This document shows positions 12,630 to 25,743 of a DNA stretch of 64,000 nucleotides, piece after piece; the first letter of the stretch is position 1, and each line of letters begins with the position of its first letter. The position numbers and the translations under genes were made by a program. Below the pieces are notes generated by a model. The model was given only the letters and a program-made list of their open reading frames with translations, was not told the origin of the DNA and did no database searches. This DNA is from Octopus bimaculoides (taxonomy: Eukaryota): positions 16,991,913 through 17,055,912 of the forward strand of contig NC_068999.1 of the NCBI RefSeq assembly GCF_001194135.2, in the 5' to 3' direction.

Positions 12630-13017
12630 AGAGAAGAAGACAGAGATGGAGGAAGATATTAAAGTGTCATTACAATGTTTGATTGAATGTTTTACGGTAT
12701 ATGTTTCGAGTGTGGTGTCTATGTTCAAATCACACTGACGCAAAGTTTGGCATTCGTCGTTCGGCAGATGCTGAATCTAATGCATCCTAGGGCAATGAAA
12801 TGCGGAAATTGATAGAGTGCCAGATAGCATGTCAGTATTGTAGCCACTCTACCAGTGTACGTTCAACTCACTCCATCACTTAGAAACGTTGTCACTCCTG
12901 TCATGATTTACAACAGTCTCATACTATCAGCAGTTTGCAAATCCTCGTTTTGTTGGTTTGATCAGAAGGTCATGAGCCACCACTATGTCATAATATACCT
13001 ACAAACTCATGCATATA

Positions 13018-13473
13018 TAGAGGGTTATTCAAAAAGAATGAAGCAATTTCATTACGAAATATTTTAATAATGAAAAACAATAGGAAACTCCAGCTAGGTC
13101 GCAAGTATTTGCTGACAATCAACTTTTATTTCCTGTCTTACAAGAGTTCAGTGTGGCCACCACATGCAGACGGGCAACATCAATGCGATAATAGAATTCC
13201 TCTCAGACGCGTATCTGCTTGGTCTGCGAGAACCCCAGACCTCAGCGTGTGTGATCAACCGTTACGCATCAACCTCGATACGCAACTGGGAGGAATTCTC
13301 TTATCTCATTGATGTTGCCCATCTTGCTGGTGATGGCCACACTGAACACTTGTAAGACAGGAAATAAAAGTTGATTGTGAGTAAATACGTGTGACTTAGA
13401 TGGAGTTTTCTATTGCTTTTCCTTATTAAAACTTTGCGTAATGAAATCGGTTCATTCTTTGTGAATAACTGTA
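13018..13473. mobile_element. Fold-back MITE, Tc1/mariner-like ends with TA target site
   Basis: Arms about 13020-13215 and 13277-13471 are reverse complements (13117-13161 vs 13332-13376 = 43/45); ends TA|GAGGGTTATTCAAAAAGAATG and (rc) TA|CAGTTATTCACAAAGAATG. Confidence 0.8.
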
Positions 13474-13800
13474 CATATGCATATATATGTATATATATAT
13501 ACACACGCTAATATATAGGTGTGTGCACGTGTGCATGTGTGTATGTATGTATTATGTATGTATAGACAAATATATATATTTATACAAATACAGGCTTAAA
13601 TATTCCTGGTGAACTTCGCTTTATTTCTAAAATTTATTGGCTTTTGGTGACTATAGATGCAGTTTGTCACTGAATCAATATGAACTGTTTTTCCATGGGT
13701 CTTCCATTCTTTTTCTCTTTAGGTTTCTATCTATGTCTATACACGCTCTCCTTCTCTCTCTTTCTCGCCATGTATATATACATTTACTCATATATACATG

Positions 13801-13895
<95 letters not shown>

Positions 13896-14511
13896 GTACA
13901 CACATACACACACATACACACATACTCACACACACACTCACATACAAACACATACACATTCACACACACACATATATATGTTTATATGTCTATTTTCATA
14001 TATGCATATGAGTCTGATTATCTTGTGATGCATAAGGTGACTGGGTGACTTTTCCATAATATGGTTTCGTTCAATGAGTCTGTTAGGAGATTGCGTGCGA
14101 AGCGGAAGGTAGAACAAGAAATGAAAACATACACGAATGCAATGGTGTGAATGGGAATGCCACATTTGCGTGGGAGCATATGGGGTTTGAAGTGAATGCG
14201 AACATAGCATTGTTTATGTCTAGCATGTATAAACATATCGCAGAGTCAACAGTATTTCAGCACAGTGTTAAATCATGCAAATTTACGTACAATAAAATAA
14301 TCAACATTTACATTCGCATTTATATCACACTCCACCCCCAAACAAGCAAACAAATACAAATATTTATATATATATGCGTTTATGTGTGTATACATACATC
14401 TCATCTACATATACATATGTATAGACATACATATGTGCACGTGTGCGTGTGTGTGTATATATATATATATATATATGTATATATTTATACTTATATATAC
14501 ATGTATATGTA

Positions 14512-14569
<58 letters not shown>

Positions 14570-14748
14570 NNNNNNNNNNNNNNNNNNNNNNNNNNNNNNN
14601 NNNNNNNNNNNNNNNNNNNNNNNNNNNNNNNNNNNNNNNNNNNNNNNNNNNNNNNNNNNNNNNNNNNNNNNNNNNNNNNNNNNNNNNNNNNNNNNNNNNN
14701 NNNNNNNNNNNNNNNNNNNNNNNNNNNNNNNNNNNNNNNNNNNNNNNN

Positions 14749-14785
<37 letters not shown>

Positions 14786-14834
14786 AGATACATATATATA
14801 CATACATACATACATACATACATACATGTCAAGG

Positions 14835-15300
14835 GTATGAAAGGTATTGGTGTCAAGCTCGAGGTTCGATAATTATAAGAATGAGGAGTTCAACGTAGGT
14901 CGTGTATATATATGTATATATATAAAAATTAACAGAATGAGATATAAAAATCCAAGGCTGTGAATAGTTTTCAGAACATTTATAAAGTGGTATTACAGCG
15001 GTTCCCGGGATATTTTATATATTCCTTCACCAGAGACAGTGCGAGAAAATGTTTAAGTAATAGTTATTATAGATAAGTTATGAAATACAGAGTGAAGTGG
15101 AGGTGTGAGATTCGTAAGGATATTGTATCTGCAGTTCTTTATTTAAGCGAAATGGTGTATATATAAATTTCCTGTACCTTGTGTATGAGTTCCAATGGTA
15201 TTTATAATTGATCATTCCAAGCATATAGCCTTGTAAACGATGTTATTCGATCTAAAGTTTTTTTGAAGTGACTTAAAATTTGGGAATGTGTTTGTAAGGT
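14835..15300 (-). mobile_element. Penelope-like element relic (GIY-YIG fragment plus terminal repeat region)
   Basis: Minus translation SNNIVYKAICLE*SIINTIGT resembles the GIY-YIG VY..C..YIG.T pattern; downstream lies a hammerhead-like core (14990-15037). Confidence 0.5.
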
Positions 15301-15466
15301 CAAATCAAAAACAGGAAGAGAGAAAAAAGGGAGAGAGAGAGATAACTAATGAAGTAAGAGGCGTACTAACTGGTGGTCAGGATAAACTGATAGAAGGAGG
15401 GTAGAGGTGAGGGACAGAGAGAGAGAGAGACAGGAAGAGATGAGAAGATATATATATGTATATATG

Positions 15467-15709
15467 CACGTGGGGCTACTGAAAAGTTCTAGGTTTTAAG
15501 GGTATCATGATAGGCCAAACACGAGGCCGAAACTTTCGCGTTTTTTTTACAGGGCTTAGAAAATATGAAGGGCCGCTACAATAAGTTTGTGAATCTGAGA
15601 AAGGAATGTGTTGAATAAAACCAAAATTGCCTGAACCTCCTTTCTTTTTCTTTTTTTTTTTCTTTTTTATTTTTTTACCCAAAATCAAGATCGTACCAGC
15701 ATCCTCTTA
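15467..15709 (+). mobile_element. Short mariner-derived MITE
   Basis: Left TIR CGTGGGGCTACTGAAAAGTTCT, degenerate right TIR; interior CAGGGCTTAGAAAA..CGCTACAATAAGTTTGTGAATCTGAGAAAGGAATGTGTTGAATAA equals a mariner transposase C-terminus; same family as 36829-37041. Confidence 0.65.
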
Positions 15710-15991
15710 TATGTCAATAAATGTATATACAAATCAAGGAAAAGGGTTAAAGTCTCTTCCAAAAACCTGCGCTCATGAAGCTGGTTTTCCTGATTCTGTG
15801 CCATAAGTACTTCATCACCTACTCCCCGTCGCCAGATTACTTATTTCTGGCAACTGGGAGGATATGGGCAAACTTTAATGAAGAGCTTTGTTCAAGAACA
15901 CAACTCATGAACCATTCCAAGAAGTGACATCACAATCTTACGAACACGAGTGCAACAACCGAATCACTAAAACACACACACACACGTACAT

Positions 15992-16040
<49 letters not shown>

Positions 16041-17334
16041 NNNNNNNNNNNNNNNNNNNNNNNNNNNNNNNNNNNNNNNNNNNNNNNNNNNNNNNNNNNN
16101 NNNNNNNNNNNNNNNNNNNNNNNNNNNNNNNNNNNNNNNNNNNNNNNNNNNNNNNNNNNNNNNNNNNNNNNNNNNNNNNNNNNNNNNNNNNNNNNNNNNN
16201 NNNNNNNNNNNNNNNNNNNNNNNNNNNNNNNNNNNNNNNNNNNNNNNNNNNNNNNNNNNNNNNNNNNNNNNNNNNNNNNNNNNNNNNNNNNNNNNNNNNN
16301 NNNNNNNNNNNNATATATATATATATATATATATATATACATGCATATGTATATATATATATATATATATATGCAGAGACAGACACACTCACACACAAAT
16401 ATATAGTGAGAGATTGATTGATAAATATATAGATAGGTATGTGTCCATATATGTATCTATGTATGCATGCATATATATTGATATGGATCGACGAATGTAC
16501 AACATGTTTTCTTCTAGGTGGAAAGGTTTGATAAAACAAACAGCTTACACGTTCTTTTTAATACGACCACTAGTAAATGAACATATTTATTCCCGCTTAA
16601 AATGTATTTATAACTTTAGCATACTTTGGGAATTCACTTTTATAACAAAAAAGGATAATATATTTCTATTCAAGAAGTAGAATAAGCCGTCAAACCAAAC
16701 TGAAACTCAGTCAAAACTAATTTTCTAATAAATTTAATTATTATCACTATGTGTCTCGGCGTCACTAAATATACTCCTGTTATTTTTAAACTTGATTTAA
16801 AATAATAAACTTCATTAAACATTTCTATGACCGTCTGAATTTTCTCACACACACATCTTTGTCATATTACTGTTTATGTTAGCATTTATAGTTTCAACAA
16901 GTCTGCCGTTGTAATTGACTGATTAAATATGTACGGTGACGCTGTTAATCATATTCAGAGAATAATTTCTGTTCAAGCTAATATCTAGATCTATCTTCCG
17001 CGCTGATTCCTTGATTATTTACGCTTCTTTTCTTACGCAATATTTTTTTCTTTTTCTTTTTTATATTTATTCGATAGCCTTTTCAATTAAACGTGGTTTC
17101 TTTGCATACGGCAAATTCAGAATGAATGGATTTGTGCAGGCGCGGGGCTGCCTAGAAATTACAATAAAATTTTCAAATTAAATTAAATATAAATTGAACG
17201 CTTCTGTGCTGAATCATCTAAGAGTTACTTAGAATTAGTAAAATTGATAAGTATCCCGGAATACATCTCCCATGATATTAATTTTCACCAAACGAATATT
17301 CCTAGTGCACAGCTAGAGCATAGTACATATAATG

Positions 17335-17366
<32 letters not shown>

Positions 17367-17445
17367 GCACACATATATATTTATATATTCAGATATATAT
17401 ATTAATATGTAGTTATATATACATACCTATACCCCTCTCTCTCTC

Positions 17446-17484
<39 letters not shown>

Positions 17485-18065
17485 NNNNNNNNNNNNNNNN
17501 NNNNNNNNNNNNNNNNNNNNNNNNNNNNNNNNNNNNNNNNNNNNNNNNNNNNNNNNNNNNNNNNNNNNNNNNNNNNNNNNNNNNNNNNNNNNNNNNNNNN
17601 NNNNNNNNNNNNNNNNNNNNNNNNNNNNNNNNNNNNNNNNNNNNNNNNNNNNNNNNNNNNNNNNNNNNNNNNNNNNNNNNNNNNNNNNNNNNNNNNNNNN
17701 NNNNNNNNNNNNNNNNNNNNNNNNNNNNNNNNNNNNNNNNNNNNNNNNNNNNNNNNNNNNNNNNNNNNNNNNNNNNNNNNNNNNNNNNNNNNNNNNNNNN
17801 NNNNNNNNNNNNNNNNNNNNNNNNNNNNNNNNNNNNNNNNNNNNNNNNNNNNNNNNNNNNNNNNNNNNNNNNNNNNNNNNNNNNNNNNNNNNNNNNNNNN
17901 NNNNNNNNNNNNNNNNNNNNNNNNNNNNNNNNNNNNNNNNNNNNNNNNNNNNNNNNNNNNNNNNNNNNNNNNNNNNNNNNNNNNNNNNNNNNNNNNNNNN
18001 NNNNNNNNNNNNNNNNNNNNNNNNNNNNNNNNNNNNNNNNNNNNNNNNNNNNNNNNNNNNNNNNN

Positions 18066-18104
<39 letters not shown>

Positions 18105-18815
18105 GAGAGAGAGAAAGAGAGAGAGAGGGACATTCAGACAAAGGATTATTACAATCTATATGTCTTTGTGTTTTCTTCATTATGAATTTTATTCTTCGTT
18201 TTCAAATATAAATTGATGAAACTTTGTAGAAGTTCTTATTCATGGTTGAATTCGATTTTCCATAACATCACACAATGAATTTAGCATAATATAGATGGAG
18301 GGGATGAACAATAATAATATATACACTTCATTTTTTCTTCATTTTCGGAATTCAGTGAAAGATTTCAATGAGTTTGTCATCAAAAGCTTTTCTGATTTCA
18401 TTCATTTCAAATAAATATGAAAAAATATAGCAGACGTTCTTTTAAATTAAATGTTCATTTGGTATTGTATTTATATGGTGATCTAATATTAACTTCTGAT
18501 CTTCTTTAAGAAACAAAAAAAAACTTATTAAAAACTTTAATTAAATAAGTGTTTTTTTTCTGATGATGATTATTATAACGTATATAGTTGTCTTATATAC
18601 ATACATTTATTACATATTCATAAAATATACAGTTTACTTATATAAGCAAACATACATTTATATAATGCACGTACATATCTATCTACCCAATATTATCTAC
18701 ATATACGTATGTATATATATATATATATTTACATGCATGTATACATATATGTATGTGTGTATTTATATATACCTATATGCGCGCATACGCACACACACAC
18801 ACACAGAGATTATAT

Positions 18816-18853
<38 letters not shown>

Positions 18854-19342
18854 GTGCCCGGTAGTCTCCTGAAAGAATGTACACACCAACTTGCAATCCC
18901 TCTGACCAACCTCTGGAGAAATTCTTTAGACTCAGGTTATATACCGAAACAGCTGCTATGCCAGTCTTTCGTCCCGGTTTGCAAACAGAAAAACAGATCC
19001 CTCGCAGTCAACTATCACCCAATCTCACTCACCTTCCACATCATTAAAATGTTTGAAAGAGTGGTAAGATCAAGGATAGCTGGCTTCCTGTAGATCCACA
19101 AACTCCTAAATGCAAATCAACATGGCTTTCGCTGTGGCAGGGACTGTCTTACACAGCTCTTACACCACATTGAGTACATACTTAAAGCTTTGGGAACAGT
19201 TTCGAACTCTGATGTCATATATCTTGACTTCAGTAATGCGTTCGACAGGGTTGACCATAGTATCTTACTCTCAAAACTGGTAAAATTTGGAATCCGTGGA
19301 AAACTTCTACATTGGATTGAACGTTTCCTGGCGAATAGAACA
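18854..19342 (+). mobile_element. LINE reverse-transcriptase fragment, CR1/jockey-like
   Basis: One frame: LLKECTHQLAIPLTNLWRNSLDSGYIP..NYHPISLTFHIIKMFERVV..*..NQHGFRCGRDCLTQLL..DVIYLDFSNAFDRVDHSILLSKLVKFGIRGKLLHWIERFLANRT; single TAG at 19091-19093. Confidence 0.93.
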
Positions 19343-19357
19343 CGTATATACATACAT

Positions 19358-19390
<33 letters not shown>

Positions 19391-19466
19391 TATATACATG
19401 CATATATGCGCATATACGCATACATACACATGTGCACCCGTATAAACATATGTATANNNNNNNNNN

Positions 19467-19500
<34 letters not shown>

Positions 19501-19526
19501 CACAAATATATTTAGGTATATATAGT

Positions 19527-19930
19527 TGCAGACGTGGCAGCGTGGTAAGATACTAGCCTTCCAACCACATGATTCCGAGCTCAGTCCCAGTGCGTAGCAT
19601 TTTTGTCAACGAATGTCTTCTACTATAGCCTCGGGTCCGAACAATGCTTTGGAAGAGGATCTGGTAGACGGAAGCTGTAAGGAGACTGTCATATGTGTGT
19701 GTGTGTGTGTGTGTGTCTTTGCGCCTATTTGTGTCATCCCATCACCAGCTTACAGCCGGTGTTGGTGTGTTTACGTAACTGCAACTTAGCTATTTGGCAA
19801 AAGTGATCGATAGAATAAGTACTAGACTTAAACAAATAAATCCTGGGGTTGATTTGTTCGGCTAAATGACCCTTCTAGTTGTTGCTCCAGTGTGACCGCA
19901 GTCAAATGAATGAAACAATTAAAAGAGGGA
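19527..19930 (+). mobile_element. Type A SINE, diverged full-length copy
   Basis: GTGGCAGCGTGGTAAGA..CCAACCACATG..TGTCTTCTACTATAGCCTCGGG..GGTAGACGGAA..(GT)n..GATAGAATAAGTAC..CCTGGGGTTGATTTGTTCG..GCAGTCAAATGAATGAAAC. Confidence 0.85.
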
Positions 19931-21254
19931 AAGAATATATACACGCATAAAAGACTGGAAAACATTCCGCCATTACTCACTCCACATTTCGTATGTTTCA
20001 TTACCTGATAGGAGTTACATAGGTATATATGTACAAAACATGTAAGAAATACACTATTTGTAATTCTTCAGAACGAGAATTAAAATAATAATGAAGATAG
20101 CAAATAATGAAAATAATAATATTTTATATCGCGGCTTGAGGAATTACAAATAGATTTCTTACATGCTTTTATACACGTATTTCCTTTTATACAGTATTCT
20201 CCAGTATCTTCAACTCTTATATGAATATGACATCTAAAACTATATTGTGGAATATCTAAATATACAGATGTACTTCATGAAGGCACACCTTGAATTCCAA
20301 TCTAAATAACGTGTCTGTGTGTGTATGTACGTATGTATGTATGTGTGTATGGGGGGGGTGCGTTCGTGTTTGTGTGTAGGTACATAATTTGTAGGTTTAG
20401 ATGGAGATACCAATATACAAATTACATTAAAGGCCTGCTTTATTTTTTTTAATATATTATGCCAACGATTATTTGTCAGCTATTAGCCATCTTCAAAAAT
20501 TTTGCAACGGCGAAAGACTATTTGAACTGCAGGCATAACTTATTTCAACCTCGTCATGATATAATATTTTCTGATATATCAACCCACATTAGTTTGTTAA
20601 AGTTTGTCATATATGACAATTCAATCGACATTTCTTTCGTACAATTTTTGTCTATATTCATTTTCCTGTCTTTTAGTTTTCACATTTAACCAACATCTCG
20701 AATGTTTACGTATTTATAGAGTGATGTAATGTTTGTTGCAATTTATATTTTTAACACACAAAGGTCTGCTTCTATGTTTTTCCTGTCTGTCAATTATCAT
20801 AGTGACAATAGGTATACAAAATAGCAGAGGAATAAAAGAATAAGCCAGTGAAATAAACTAAATGCAACTTTAAAAAAAAAATATAGTAAACGCAGAAAGC
20901 TGACAAGGGCTAACTCGCAAGATTTATCACAAGACAATGTTCATTAAATTATTGATTTTTCTGAAATAAAAGAAATATAGATATTAAAAATTTTAGCATT
21001 TTAAAAAAAAAACTAAATACCAGTAAATTAATGAGTTAAAATAAATATAAAAATGTATTATTGTAGAAGTTATTCTAGTGTTTGACAAAGCAGATATATT
21101 CACCAGAAAAATGTTAGGATATTAACTTGATGTTGCTTAGCAACAAACAAATGGAGATAGAAAAACGAAGAGGAATACATCGACTAGAATGTGATATGAA
21201 TAGAGGAGAGGTAACAGTGGTTCATACAAACGTAAATATTAGTTTCAAATTTTG

Positions 21255-21455
21255 GCACAAGGGTAGTAATTTCAGAGGAGCGGGTAAGTTGACTATGTTC
21301 ACCCCAGTGCTGAACTGGTATTTATTGTACCGACCCCGAAATGATAAAAGACAAAGTGGCCATCTGGGGATTTTTAACTCAGAACGTAAAAACGGACGAA
21401 ATGCTGCAACGTAGTTAGCTCGGCGTGTGAACGATTCCGTACGAATTTACCGCAT
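21255..21455 (-). mobile_element. Type C SINE, diverged
   Basis: Plus strand ACCCCAGTGCTGAACTGGTATTTATTGTACCGACCCCGAAATGATAAAAGACAAAGT..AACTCAGAACGTAA matches the rc of type C. Confidence 0.8.
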
Positions 21456-22460
21456 TCATACAAACAGATATTAGCATAACGGACAAGGAGAGAAAAGGAG
21501 GGCGCAAACAGAAACGCCTCACAATTGAAACATATAAGTAAACTGATGGCTAGGAAGAATAAGATGAAATATAACGATATTAGGCTTGAATGGTACAGGA
21601 ACAGTTACTGCAAAGACGGAAACACTGGCGTAAAATCACACAAGCACAGGCGCAGACAAGCATACAAAGATACATTCACACACAAACACGTTTGCAAAAT
21701 GGCCGTTACTTTAAACTGCCAAAACATAAATATAAACATACATATATGTAGTGTGTGTATCTTTATAATTGCTTTATATGTGTTTGCGTGCTTGTGCGCA
21801 TGTATGTATATTTGCATGCATATATGTATATATTTATGCAAAGTTGCAAAACATATGGAAATTACAGAGTAGGGAAAGGGATAAGTAACTCGTTGGAAAT
21901 GCAAATTTATATGTTAATAGACTGAAGAGATGCAACCTACAATATAGAGGGAAATGTCACGTATGGATTTAAACTTTCAATATATTAAATAACACACCAG
22001 AAATATCTCGTACGTCGAAGCATAGGAACAAATTCAACCTCAGTAAATTGACAATTATAGGCTGTGTAACTGTTACTAGAATAACCTTCACAGTGCTTTG
22101 GTTGAATTCCTTTGCAAATAATGCAGAAATAATTCATCTCTGTACAGTGCAACATTTACAACTTAATCACATGCGGCTGTCTCGTATCAATATTTCTCCT
22201 TTTCCCTATTTGTGACTTGCAGAATAACTACTTCTACTGATATATTCTCACTAATATAGATCTACTTTGCCAGAAAACTTAATACTTGTCCAAAGTCGTA
22301 CATTGTAAATTGAAAAATTGTCATCCCATGCTGTCTTTTCTTCACCAGTCATTTGTGTGTCAATGAATGATGATATGTGGTAAATCTCTTAGTTTCCAGT
22401 AAATACATATATAGGTGAGTATATACACATACATACATATATATGTGTGTGTGTGTTTGA

Positions 22461-22496
<36 letters not shown>

Positions 22497-22579
22497 GGCA
22501 TTTCTCTTTAGCACAATAATGAACGAATAATAAGACAGTTTGTCGGGAGTGATAATTGATCAACAAAGTGCCTTTTTAC

Positions 22580-22610
22580 CTGTTGTTCGACGTGGAGAAG
22601 TCGACACACT
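22580..22610 (-). CDS. Candidate 31-bp micro-exon
   Basis: Minus strand TGTTTTTGACTGTATTTTTTGATTTTCTAG|AGTGTGTCGACTTCTCCACGTCGAACAACAG|GTAAAA; strong acceptor and donor; all three frames open. Confidence 0.25.
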
Positions 22611-23427
22611 CTAGAAAATCAAAAAATACAGTCAAAAACAGGCAACATCGTATGATGTATTCACCCACGTTTATAGGGTGAAAATATTCCAAAAACTGGT
22701 TGATCATCATTAAGTATTTAACAACAATTGATCTGTGCCAGTTATATGTAAAGGTAACTGTCTTTCAATAAAAGATCACAAGATGAGGTGTCGGGAATAT
22801 AATTTAATTAATTCACATCTTTCGTTATTCAATTTGGTTTTTATATGCATAAATGTGAAGTCAATTATTTGTCTATGTCTGTCGTTCTCATTCTTGGGTT
22901 TCTAATATTGTTTAGATAGGGCTTTATTGGAGATGCAATTAGGTAATCAGCAATTTCTATCAAGCCTAAATTATTTGAATAAATGTGTCTAATTTAAATT
23001 TGATTTCTCTAGACATACATAGATACATCAATGCGAATATATGTGTGCGTGTGTGCACGCGCGCATGTGTTTGTGTGTGTGTGCGTGTGTACATATACGT
23101 GTATATATATATATATATATATATATATNNNNNNNNNNNNNNNNNNNNNNNNNNNNNNNNNNNNNNNNNNNNNNNNNNNNNNNNNNNNNNNNNNNNNNNN
23201 NNNNNNNNNNNNNNNNNNNNNNNNNNNNNNNNNNNNNNNNNNNNNNNNNNNNNNNNNNNNNNNNNNNNNNNNNNNNNNNNNNNNNNNNNNNNNNNNNNNN
23301 NNNNNNNNNNNNNNNNNNNNNNNNNNNNNNNNNNNNNNNNNNNNNNNNNNNNNNNNNNNNNNNNNNNNNNNNNNNNNNNNNNNNNNNNNNNNNNNNNNNN
23401 NNNNNNNNNNNNNNNNNNNNNNNNNNN

Positions 23428-23460
<33 letters not shown>

Positions 23461-25135
23461 GTGTGTTTGTGTGTGTGTGTGTGTGTGTGGTTTCCTGTTA
23501 TTCTGAAAGGCCAGTATTAGCACATCTTCCTTTTTGTCATTGTGCTTGCATGATCATTTCCGGTTTGTATATGTGTGCGTTCATATATGTACATTTATTT
23601 GCATACATTTCTGAATGGCTAAATATTTTCAGAAAACTGTTGTTCGTGGCTTATAAATAAAAGCTATAGAGATATAAAAGAAAACGAATTAATAATGAAT
23701 AATCACAAAAGCTGCTGAGCAGTAGTCACAATTAGTGTTGTTGTTGTTGTTATTGGTGGTGGTGGCAGCGGCGGCGCTGGTGGTTATTGTATTAGTATTA
23801 GTAGTAGTAGTAGTAGAAGTAGTAGTAGTAGTAGCAGCAGCAAGAGAATCAAGAACTCTGTGATTGATGTATATTTGATTCCGGGAATGTCACTGCTCAG
23901 GCTAATTTATTAAATCACCGAAAGTGTTTAATTCCAATTTGTGAAAGTTGATTTGACATTTACAGTTTCGGAATGGTAAATAAAGCACGTGATGCAGCCC
24001 TTTTGACTGCTTCATGTTTCATTAAAAAAAACACACTTTATTGAAACTTTGTCTCACTACCTTCACACCTTTTCGATTTATTTCATTTTACTTTTATTAT
24101 GCTAAATTAAATTCAACATTCAGTGAGAGATGGAAAATAAATTATTTTTCAATTTTACATCTAATTGAGAAAAACATATACACGTATGTTCCATTTATAT
24201 TTTTATATGACATTACATTTCCCTTAGTTCTTTCTTAATCTCGACAGATCACGCAAAATATGTCTTATTCTGCCATGCCTTCTACTTATCCACACATACA
24301 CATACAGTCCCCACATAAATGTCTACGTATGCGTGTGCGTATATAAGTACGAATATATATATATATATATATANNNNNNNNNNNNNNNNNNNNNNNNNNN
24401 NNNNNNNNNNNNNNNNNNNNNNNNNNNNNNNNNNNNNNNNNNNNNNNNNNNNNNNNNNNNNNNNNNNNNNNNNNNNNNNNNNNNNNNNNNNNNNNNNNNN
24501 NNNNNNNNNNNNNNNNNNNNNNNNNNNNNNNNNNNNNNNNNNNNNNNNNNNNNNNNNNNNNNNNNNNNNNNNNNNNNNNNNNNNNNNNNNNNNNNNNNNN
24601 NNNNNNNNNNNNNNNNNNNNNNNNNNNNNNNNNNNNNNNNNNNNNNNNNNNNNNNNNNNNNNNNNNNNNNNNCTGTATAAATATATATGTATATAAATAT
24701 ATATATTTGTATATATTTATATGTATATGTACGTATGAATGTATAGATACACAGACACATTCACATACACACACACACACGCACACACACACACATATAT
24801 ATATATATACCGTACTTATGTATGTTTTATGGTGGTTTTGTATAGTTTATTTTGATTCATTTTAATAGGAAATATTGTGAAAAATATTGCTTAACACGTT
24901 ACTTAGCAACAGTATTTTTGATAGAAAATTCTAAGCTGCTAATAAAAAAAAATTGAAAAACAAAATTAAAAAAATTAATTTTCAATTTTTTAAAGAGGAA
25001 CATTAGAATTTACAATTTAGATAGTTAAACACAGCGCACGAAAATCTATGCCCTTGAGGCTTATACGTGCTTTACAATAAGAAATATATGTAGATTATAA
25101 TAAATCTGTTTGTCATTGCGCTACGTAGCCCGTCG

Positions 25136-25505
25136 GTAACGCTTTCATGTGATTAGAGGAAAAGAGGGAGAGAGAAAAGTGGGAGAAAGAAGTGTTCATG
25201 ATGTGAGATAGTGGGATTGTAATTGCAATGCGTTGACGTGATTAGTTGACGGAAAAGAGAAGAAAGAAAAAGGAGAGAGAAAAAGAGGAAAAGGTGAAGT
25301 GTGGGACGGAAAGAGGGAGAACGAAAAAGAGGGGGAGTGAAGCGTCTATGACGTGAAGTAGAGGGAATGTAATTGTAACGCTTTGACGTGATTAGTTGAA
25401 GGAAAAGAGAGGAGAAAGAAAACGAGGGAAAGAAAAGTGTCCATGACGCGAGGTAGGGGGAACGTAATCTTTATTACGTGGTTAAAATGTTAGTTGAAAA
25501 TAGAG
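25136..25505 (+). repeat. Dispersed ~70-bp direct repeat, 3 copies plus a partial, separated by GA-rich spacers
   Basis: Units at about 25191-25260, 25341-25410, 25436-25505 and partial 25136-25165 share GTGTYCATGAYGTGA..GTAATTGYAAYGC.TTGACGTGATTAGTTGA.GGAAAAGAG. Confidence 0.8.
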
Positions 25506-25602
25506 GAGGCGAGTTATACATATAATTTTAGCAAGTGACGTTCTGATGGTGAGATTAAATGCAGGGAGGGGCGGGAGAAAGAGAGGGAGAGGAGAAGAAG
25601 AG

Positions 25603-25743
25603 TATTTAGCTGGTACTTATTTTATCGACCTTGAAAAGATAAAAGACATAGTCGAACGTGGCGGATACGAATTCAGAATAAACATGGACGAAATGCCGCT
25701 AAGCATTTTCCCGGCAATCTAACGATTCTGTCAGCTCACCGTC
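25603..25743 (-). mobile_element. Type C SINE, 5' half
   Basis: rc of GGTACTTATTTTATCGACCTTGAAAAGATAAAAGACATAGTCGA..GAAATGCCGCTAAGCATTT..AACGATTCTGTCAGCTCACCG. Confidence 0.8.

Noticed and set aside
25136-25505. CRISPR-like repeat-spacer array
   Set aside because: Units are diverged, spacing is irregular, spacers are low-complexity purine runs, context is eukaryotic and no cas genes are present.
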